Of a DNA stretch of 64,000 bases, positions 54,589 through 64,000 are shown piece after piece; the first letter of the stretch is position 1, and each line of letters begins with the position of its first letter. A model generated the notes under the pieces. That model was not told the origin of the DNA. It made no database searches and was given only the letters and a program-made list of their open reading frames with translations. Source of the stretch: Octopus vulgaris (lineage: Eukaryota); contig OX597818.1 in assembly GCA_951406725.2 (NCBI GenBank), positions 66,092,001 to 66,156,000 on the forward strand, read 5' to 3'. The position numbers and the translations under genes are program-made.

Positions 54589-54905
54589 ATTATTATTATT
54601 GTTGTTGTTGCTGTTGTTGTTCAGGTCACTGCCTGGAATCGAACTCGGATATCTTGGGTTAGTAACCCGCGCCCTTAGTCACTATTCCATATAGCCTTCC
54701 TTAAAAAAAAGATTTATAAGCCCTAAAAGTCATTCCGTAATTCCCCAGGGGCATATAGCGTAGTGGTAAAGAGCGCAGGCTACTAACCCCAAGATTCCGA
54801 GTTCGATTCCAGGTAGTAATAATGAAGGCTGGAGGGTATATCAGCCGAAACGTAATATTAAGAACAAACAGGAAGAGGACATATATCCGTCAAATGTTAA
54901 TATTA
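54460..54905. mobile_element. Inverted pair of composite units: tRNA-like head, (AAT)n, HHR/PLE-like tail
   Basis: The plus unit 54748-54905 has A box TAGCGTAGTGG, B box GTTCGATTCC, then AUGA-A-GGCUG..CAGCC-GAAAC-GUA. The minus unit 54460-54696 has the same head, an (AAT)n tract and the tail AUCAGCCGAAACGUUGUG...GGACAAAUAUCCGU. Confidence 0.7.
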
Positions 54906-55624
54906 TAAATAATTATTCGTCTCTTATATATACAACGCTAACATATTTATAATAAACACCACCTGTTGTTACTACTACAATACTGCTACAATACACATGT
55001 ATTGTTACTACTACAATACACATGCCGTGAGTAAAGGTGCAGATTTCTGTTGCTGAGTGAAGAAACTAAAATCAACAGACATATCACCGAGATAGAGCGA
55101 GTAACAACAAAACGCTAAAAGCATAGTAGTGTAGGAGGGTAAGTATTTCGGGATTAACATAGAGCGATTTTGAACAGCAATTCTCTTACGATGGGAAAAT
55201 AGCAAAAATTACGTTAAAAGGGAAATTTAAAATCAACCTCAAAAATTACAATTTGAAATATACTACATAAATGTTCTCTGGATTTCTATTCATGTGTAGC
55301 CATTTTGTGAAATGTTACCTACTTTTTTATCTGAAGCGTTTCGCTAAAGCAAAGTAACATTTAATGCGTATGATTTAATGAGGTGTAGAGCATTTTACCC
55401 ATTGTGTAAGGATGAATTTTACTCATCCATGGAACTAAAGAGCACAATTAAGAAGGAAGTAGGTGAAATGAGCACATGACCAATTAGAATTCCGGATATT
55501 TATTGTAGACAAGCATGAAAATACATTGACATAGGTTGGTTGGAAAGAAAAAGAATTCCTCAATAGATGGGTGGGTGAGTCATTGGAATATGAAGGCACA
55601 TTGCGATTTATATTTATATAGTAA

Positions 55625-55830
55625 ACATTGCGGTAAGGTAGCAGAATTGTCAGCACACCGCACGAAGTGATTAGCGGCGCTTTCTCCGTCATTACTGAGT
55701 TGAAATTCCGCCGACTTTAAGTTTTCCTTTCATCATTTTAGGGTCGACAGAATAAGTAGCATTTCAGCACTGGATTCATCTAACTCCTCTACAGAAATTG
55801 CTTGCCTTAATCCAAAGTTTGATACCATTT
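55625..55830 (+). mobile_element. SINE family B (degenerate)
   Basis: It contains gcggtaaggtagcagaattgtcagcacaccg...tgagttgaaattccgccga...cctttcatcattttagggtcga. Confidence 0.65.
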
Positions 55831-55977
55831 TTCTATGATAAATAACTAATTTAAACTAAACATCTGCATAATTTTGTCTTACATACGACCAGCTGCAAAT
55901 TAAAACGTAGAAAAATATTTTTAAATATCCACTCAAATATTTGTAGACATCATTCAGAAAACATTTACTAATGGTTA

Positions 55978-56375
55978 TAGGCGTAGGGAGTGGCTGTGTG
56001 GTTAGTAGCTTGCTTAAGAACCACATTGTTCCATTGTGGCATCGGGAGTAAGTGTCTTCTGCTATAGCCACGGGCCGACCAAAGCTTTGAGGGTGGATTT
56101 GGTGACGGAAGCTGAAAGAAACCCGTAGTATCTATATATATATATACATGTGTGTGCGAATATATTTGTGTGTCTGTGTTTGTCACCCCAACATCACTTC
56201 ACAATTGATGCTTGTGTGTTTATATCCCCTAACTTAGCGGTTCGGCGAAAGAGCCCGATAGAATAAGTTCTAGGTTTACAAACAATAAGTCCTGGCGTCG
56301 ATTTGTTCGACAAAAGGCGGTGCTCCAGCATGGTCGCCCTCTAATGACTGAAACGAATAAAAGAAAAGAATAAAA
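55978..56375 (+). mobile_element. tRNA-derived SINE family A
   Basis: The head is aggcgtagggagtggctgtgtgg and the tail is ggcggtgctccagcatgg...gactgaaac..taaaaga. Confidence 0.8.
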
Positions 56376-57272
56376 TAATTATAAAGATTATACAAATGTT
56401 GGGTAAATTATTATACACTGTTGCTCATAATCTCTTCTCCTTTCCATGAAACTGGATTGTAATAAATTAACTCTAATTGGAGACACATAACATTCGTTAG
56501 AGAGGGTAGAAGTCTGACCGAATGAAAGGGGGAGAAATTAGGATTTTAAAGAAAAGTTTTAAGACGCCTGATGTATGCTAAATCTGTAGACATGAATTAT
56601 TTCTGTATCATCTTCTTACGTATTTTCTTTCTTTCTTTTCTTATTAACCTTATTTCCTTGTCTGTATTATTTGTTCGTCCGCGTAATCCTTAAGGTAGAA
56701 GTTTATAGCCAAAGGAATCACTTTAGGAATATTTGTATTATTATTTATGCTTTTCGTTTTGATTTCATATCCCTATATTTGATCTGTGTATCGTTCCATT
56801 TGGCCAACCCGCAGTTATTGTTGAAATCAAACATTTGCCCAAGGTGCTGCGGAGTGTGACTGAACCCAGAACTATGTATTTCGGAAACAAATTTCTTACA
56901 ACCCAGGAACGCCTGCGCCAAGGCAGCAATAATTACGATTCATAAATATATAAGAACCTATAAGATATAGGCAGCCATATAATACAGGTCATTGATATTC
57001 ATCGCACGTATGTTCTACGAAAGAAAGGACTTGGAATTTTCCATTTCTATCGGAATTATCACAGAGATTTAAATATGGTTTCCTAATTTCAGGAGGATAA
57101 TAAATGAGATACTACACTGAAATCCTTTTGCTGTGCAACGTTTGAGAATGAAACTTTCTCGTTTGCAAGCTGATGCGCGTAAAATCACACACATATATTA
57201 TCATATAAATGTATGCATATGCAAGAAAGATACATTTATATACATGTGTATACATACAACTTTGTATGCATA

Positions 57273-57335
<63 letters not shown>

Positions 57336-57366
57336 GTATATATATATATTTATGTATATATATATA

Positions 57367-57416
<50 letters not shown>

Positions 57417-58197
57417 CACACACACGTGTACATACAAGTGATACCTATGTATGGTGATGTAGCTGCTCATTTGAGCGTCTTTATGTAAATGAGAGCATCC
57501 TTCATAACGACATTCTACATCAACACTTCCTTTCATTACTACATAGTTTAAAATTTTTATTCTTTTCCTTCGGCCATATAGAACTTCTTGGAGTTAATTG
57601 CAAGATATTTTCTTTGATACTCAATTCGCCATCAAAGGCCGAATATGCTCTGAATTAGGTTTCGAATTTCTAGTCCCTCAAATTATAAATATAACATATT
57701 CATATCGAAACATTAAAATCAACAAATAAGCATAGCAAATGAAAGGTACCCATGTCTTATAGACACTAGTTGAATCGGGTTGCGCAATTTCTTCATAAAA
57801 ACAATGGTTATTTGCGATGCGTATATTCAGTCGACGACCAACTTAAAAGAAACAAAAAATGTATTGGCATTTATTCAAGTGTCACGTGAGAACTCTTCAA
57901 GTACTGTCATGGATGAAATGAAGATTGAAAATGACGGCAGATAATAAAACGAGTCTTTGGTTTCAATCAGTAAATCAGATGAAACACTATTTCAAGATGT
58001 AATGTTCAAAGTGACCTGGAATATGTGAAGATGTCTTTCATATTTTCTCATATCTTTCCCTCTTATCAATTAGGGAGGAAATTCTTTTGAAGGGGAACAT
58101 TGTAAATATTAAAATGAAGTATTTTCTCGCAGCATTACAGATTTCGTTTGAACACAAACTGATAAATAAACTTGCATGAAATTCATTTGCAGATACA

Positions 58198-58199
58198 TC

Positions 58200-58286
<87 letters not shown>

Positions 58287-58315
58287 CATCCATCCATCCA
58301 TCCATCCATCCATCC

Positions 58316-58351
<36 letters not shown>

Positions 58352-58431
58352 CTATTTATCTATCTATCTATTAATGTATCAATCTATCTATCTTTCTATT
58401 TATCTATCCATCCATCTATCTATCTCTCTAT

Positions 58432-58480
<49 letters not shown>

Positions 58481-58620
58481 CATCTATCCATCTATCTATA
58501 TGTATTTCTATTTATCTGTCTATCAGTCTATATGTCTGTCTTTCTACCTGACTAAATGTATTTCTGTCTGTCTAATTACCTACCACTCTATCAATCAATC
58601 AATCTATCTACCTAGCTAGC
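58198..58620. repeat. (TATC)n/(CATC)n tract
   Basis: Seen by direct inspection. Confidence 0.95.
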
Positions 58621-58919
58621 TAACAATCTGTGTGTGAGCGTTCGCGTTGATATTTCTCTCTGTATAAATAACCTCATATGCAACACTCATATACAACAAC
58701 GGTTCTTATTATTCCGGTAGACGCAAGTTAATATATTGTTTCATAACTGCAAGGTAGTACCTGAACAAACGAAAGTCATCTACAGAAGTGGACAGATGCA
58801 CACGGAAACAAATATACACATGCCCTTACGCGTTTACATACATACAAAACACTCTAATTTACTCTCATTCAATACATATACTGAAGCATATATGTAGGGA
58901 ACGGAACATTTTAGAGTGC

Positions 58920-59100
58920 ACAACATGAAAACACCACTAAAATTATGAGAACTGAATGCATGGAGAATGGCACAAACTAAATTGTAATATTTATATGAGA
59001 AGAATTCAGAATAATCATATTCATCGACCTCAACAAACTTTTCATCCAGCCACAATCGGCCTTCCGAGTGACTACTATAGATGGCTACCCCACCATACGC
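58920..59100 (+). mobile_element. Faint mariner remnant
   Basis: RMAQTKL...HPATIGLPSDYY weakly resembles ARMxxQKL...HPPYSPDLAPSDY. Confidence 0.3.
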
Positions 59101-60122
59101 CTCCATAGAGAAGAGTTGCTTACTTTTTACTCTCCAGAGCTATAACATTTTTTCTGTGGCAACTCACCACCGCATATTTTCTAATAATATTCCCCTTTCT
59201 ATCCACCCATACCTTAGCTTTAAATGTTATCCTCTGTATCTCATTTACTACTCTTGAAATAGTTCTCCGGGACATTCAGTATTTCAGTGTGACACATCGA
59301 ATGTGAAAATGCTGGACCTTTGAATTATTGGTAGAACACGTAGCAGGACCACCGTCCCACTACATCTACACATCCAAATCACTTTGTCGTTGGCCTTTCT
59401 GCAACAGCACCACTGTTAAACTCAGTGACTACTATTAAATCCAGGCCATGGCAGACGGAGACGATGTTCTTGAAGCCGAGGAGTTCGAACTTACGGAGAC
59501 AATATTTAAAAATCACCTGAGGAAACACAACTAGATCTGATAATGCAGGGAAAGAGTTACATATTCAAGTACCTGGAAACATGGAGAACTTCATTGCGTG
59601 GAATCAATTGTAGAGATTAAGAATAAATGTCCAACCGTGCCCATTCTTGTTGACTCAACAAATTATGCCGAGAAGATAGTTACAAAATAATGAAAATGAA
59701 CAGTTTTATTGTAAATTCGAGAGATGAAAAAGTTGTTTTCTCGTAGACATGTCAAAATCTCTGTTTATTAATCTTAAATAATGTTTCCACTCATGCTTAA
59801 ATACTTCTTATTACTTCGCTTTATAATTCAGAGTTTTGTATACTAACTCTCTCTACATTATTACTACATTTATATACGATTTCTGTTCTATAATATTCTC
59901 TATTTTAATTATCTTATACTACTTGTTTATTCATATGTTATTCTACCATCTCCCCATATATTGTATAAACCTCATTTTATTAATATAAAACCTATGCCAA
60001 ATATTCATATACCTTCGCCTCTTTCTCAATATATATTTTTTCATATTTTTTAGATCACAAATTATTATAGACTCGAGAACACTGACACACACACACACGC
60101 ACACTCACACACAGAGAGACAG

Positions 60123-60231
<109 letters not shown>

Positions 60232-60232
60232 C

Positions 60233-60432
60233 TGGCGGCGAGCTGGCAGAAACGTTAGCATGCCGTTACTTTCTGAATTCAAATTCCGCCGAGGTCCACT
60301 TTGCCTTTCATCCTTTCGGGGTCGATAAATTAAGTACCAGTTACGCATTGGGGTCGATGTAATCAACTTAATCCCTTTGTCTGTCCTTGTTTGTCCCCTC
60401 TGTGTTTAGCCCCTTGTGGGTAGTAAAGAAAT
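60233..60432 (+). mobile_element. SINE family B, young copy with internal deletion
   Basis: It reads ggcggcgagctggcagaaacgttagc...gcctttcatcctttcggggtcgataaattaagtaccag...gccccttgtgggtagtaaagaaat and matches the reverse complement of 48317-48549. Confidence 0.85.
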
Positions 60433-61230
60433 ATATATATAAACATTAATTGTACGTAATCTATTATTTCATAATATGTTCTTAGACGCACATTTGTCAC
60501 CTATTCTAAACATTATTGCTTCTGCTTTTACCATCATTATCAACTATTGCCAATCTAGATAAGACATCTTATTCTTTATCATTGATAAACGCAAACACAC
60601 TTTAATTTATGTGGTGACTATTTTTGCCCTTATATATACAATTTAATATTTTCCTCATTCTTTTCTATTTTCTTATACGCAATCTCTTCCAGCTATATAA
60701 TATGTATTTAGTTTTTATAACAACTACCTCTTTTAGATATCCCAGTTTAAATTTCTTTTATGTTACAAATCTAACTATATTAACCAAAATCTTACAGATG
60801 ATATACGCTTATACTAAGATAAATTCTAAGTGCAGAACAATCACTTACGCAAATTACACAGGCTCCCATACCTATAGTATATTTATCTTTTATGTGATTA
60901 ATATAAATAGATTTATAATATTTCTACATTCTTTTCTCTTTATTAGTATTAATGTTATCTTTTATTTCTATGTCATAATAATTATTATTAAAACTTCTAA
61001 CGTCTTTTCAATATTATATTAACACCGTTGAACAAAACTAATAGATTATGCACTATATTCCATATGTCAATTATAACTTATATATTTTATACATACACGT
61101 ATGTCATTACTTTTCATATTATCAAACAATTTTACATGAAAGTATATATATGTATACACCTACATATATACAAATGCGTGTTTGCATATGTATGTGTATA
61201 TATGTGTGCGTATATATATATATGTGTCTA

Positions 61231-61286
<56 letters not shown>

Positions 61287-62963
61287 TATTTGTATATGCA
61301 TATATACACATATTCTTTTATCTTCTGTGGTAGTTTTCTATTTCTTTTAAATGCAGCAGTATACATAAAATGTACATACATATTTTTAAATGATATTCTT
61401 CTCTTATATTGGAGTTTTAAACATTTGAATAAATTCTCGTATCGTTATTGTCCTTTTTTTCGCACCTATCACTCAATAATAGAGACGCTTTTTTATCACA
61501 TCCACTTCCACCATTACGTTATATAAGTTAGAAAATTATTTCATATATATATATATGCATATGACTGTAATCACACACACACACACACACATACACACAT
61601 ACACACACACATATATATATGACTAGAGTCTTATATCTTTTTTATCCATATCTAGATTCTCAATTCATATCGTAAATTTTTAATATATATCTAACATAGT
61701 TAACATTAAAATACAATAACGTGGATTTCTTCGAAACACCTTTTCTAGGAAGACACCTTATTCATTCCTCTCTTCATTCCTACCTTTTTCAACCTCTCAA
61801 ATTAACACTTTTATCACCGTACTTTTTTTTGAGACCAACTATTGTCTCTATCAATTCTGAAATATCAACAACTATTCTTCCCTCTTTTTAGACCATCCTC
61901 TTAGACTCATTTGACACAAACGAATATAATGCTCTTAACTAATGATAAATATTTCTGCCCCATTATATTAGCCTAATAATTACACCCTCACAACCCGAAA
62001 ATCTTTTTGTCATTCCAATTTCAAGTAACTTATATAAAATCATACTAACTACTTATATTTCTATTTCTGGAAATTTTTCTAAAAACAATTTCATTTTAAT
62101 ATACATCATACTTTATTTTCATATTTTGCATTGTATAGCACTCATATCAGTCAACTCATATAACAATTTATATATAGCTCTGCTGTCCCATTGGACGTTT
62201 ATTTATTTATATGTATACACAATCGTGCATACATATGCACATATATATGTATGTATATGTATGTGTGTATGTGTGTATGTATATGTATATATATACCAAT
62301 ATATTGTAATTTACTTCTTATGATAACTGCTTTATATCGAATATATATCACTATATTACATAACTTCACACAGAGAGCATATTTCTTAAGACTTTTTCAC
62401 TTATATTTCAAAGTATCCGTTAGCCGCATCATTTATAGTTCATACACAACTAGAATCAACACTACCGAAGCATCTTCTTATATTTCACCTTTCATAATCA
62501 TTTTATGAATATCCGAATATGTTATATGACACTAACACTATCTAGATCTATGTAACAGTATATTATTCTTCTGATACTTCCTTTGCGATTTATTCTTCTT
62601 TTGCAAAGAAGAGAACTGCAATATGTAATTAATTTAATTATAATTATAATTAAATTAATTTTTAATTTTCCATCTTTCTTACATGTTAATATTACCATCC
62701 GAAACGATCGTATGTAAGGATTAAAAATTAATATCTCTTATCCATCTTTAATTCCTTGTTGAATTTATAGAGGATAAGTGTTCTATAATTGCTCGCAACA
62801 CACCTTATACTTGAAATATTTTCATAATTTTCATATCTAAAAAAAACACTTACAAATGTAAGCTACCAATTTAATATGAAGAATCTATATTTGAAATCTA
62901 ATTTCGGAACTCTCAAAGTTAAAGATGAAATAGAAATGACTCTTTTCTCATATACATATATAC

Positions 62964-63057
<94 letters not shown>

Positions 63058-63232
63058 ATTTTATTTTATTACGTTCAGTTTGTAATTGCCAAGCAATGAA
63101 AAAGCACTTCTGTATTAATAATTGGGTATTCTACCAGCAGTATATTGGATAGATATTATCCCTTTTTTGGTTGGATTCACAACCTCTAAATCTATTGGAA
63201 TTATATATATATACATACATACATACATACAC

Positions 63233-63322
<90 letters not shown>

Positions 63323-63344
63323 AATGCAACATATTTTCCTTTGA

Positions 63345-63844
63345 GCCTCTTCTCCTTATCTCCTCAAAGACATACAGCATCACGAAAGAGTCCAGAAGCT
63401 GGCTACCCGCATGGTTCATGGTCTCAAAAATTTGTCCTACGAAGAAAGGCTGAGGACGCTCGACCTTTATTCTCTTGAAAAATGCCGCCGCCGTGGTGAT
63501 CTCATTCTCGCCCACAACATCATAAGCGGAAAGTGTAACCTCTCGAAAGAGCTGTTCTTCACTCCTGCTCCAGAGCGTCGGCTGCGGGGTCATTCCGAAA
63601 AGCTCTACCTGCGACGATTTCATCTCAATCGAAGGAGAGGAGCTTTCTCCGTCAGGTTGCGGATCCGTGGAACAAGCTGCCAGACGAGATGGTGAAGATG
63701 CCGACGACCGCTTTGTTCAAATCCTCCCTTGACCTCAAGTGGCCTGAACTCTTTACATGAACACCACCCTGTACTTAAATCCATGTCCCCCTACATGGCC
63801 TTGCTATTTGCTTTTGAGCCAAATTAACTAACTAACTAACTAAC
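63345..63844 (+). mobile_element. CR1-clade LINE 3' end with (ACTA)n tail
   Basis: It translates as MVHGLKNLSYEERLRTLDLYSLEKCRRRGDLI...LRGHSEKL...FSVR..WNKLP..FKSSLD. The tail ttaactaactaactaac lies at about 63824-63844. Confidence 0.9.
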
Positions 63845-64000
63845 ATATGTATGTATGTATATACGTGTGTGTGTGTATATGTATTCCTCATTTAAATTCC
63901 GCTATTATTTCTCCTTTGATAATTTTTTTTTCCTCTGTTTATATTTTATCTAATAGGGATAATATAATGCATCAACTACTACTACTACTACTACTACTAC

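Noticed and set aside
54748-54820. Functional tRNA gene
   Set aside because: A and B boxes are present, but the acceptor and anticodon stems do not pair properly and a simple-repeat tail follows, so it is a SINE-type head.

Overview
This is AT-rich eukaryotic, animal-type non-coding DNA saturated with (TA)n, (CA)n, (TATC)n, (ATT)n, (ACT)n and (CTT)n microsatellites. The repeat spectrum resembles an octopod cephalopod genome, which is an inference and not verified. I found no convincing host protein-coding exon, rRNA, true tRNA or CRISPR array, and almost all long ORFs in the track are microsatellite artefacts. The recognisable content is decayed mobile DNA: Penelope-like elements (PLEs, RT plus GIY-YIG), CR1-like and R4/Dong-like LINE ends, mariner, maT-like and hAT remnants, and at least three tRNA-derived SINE families. 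The main hidden structure is a set of about a dozen type-I hammerhead ribozyme (HHR) motifs or remnants from several distinct families. They lie in PLE 3' termini inserted into (TA)n tracts, often as fold-back palindromes that turn at or near the ribozyme core. They include near-complete folds (4672-4734, 10128-10162, 49533-49588), non-canonical cores (CCGAAGA, CUGUNGA), and a composite of tRNA head, (AAT)n and HHR tail present twice in inverted orientation (about 54460-54905). All alignments were done by eye, so element boundaries are approximate.
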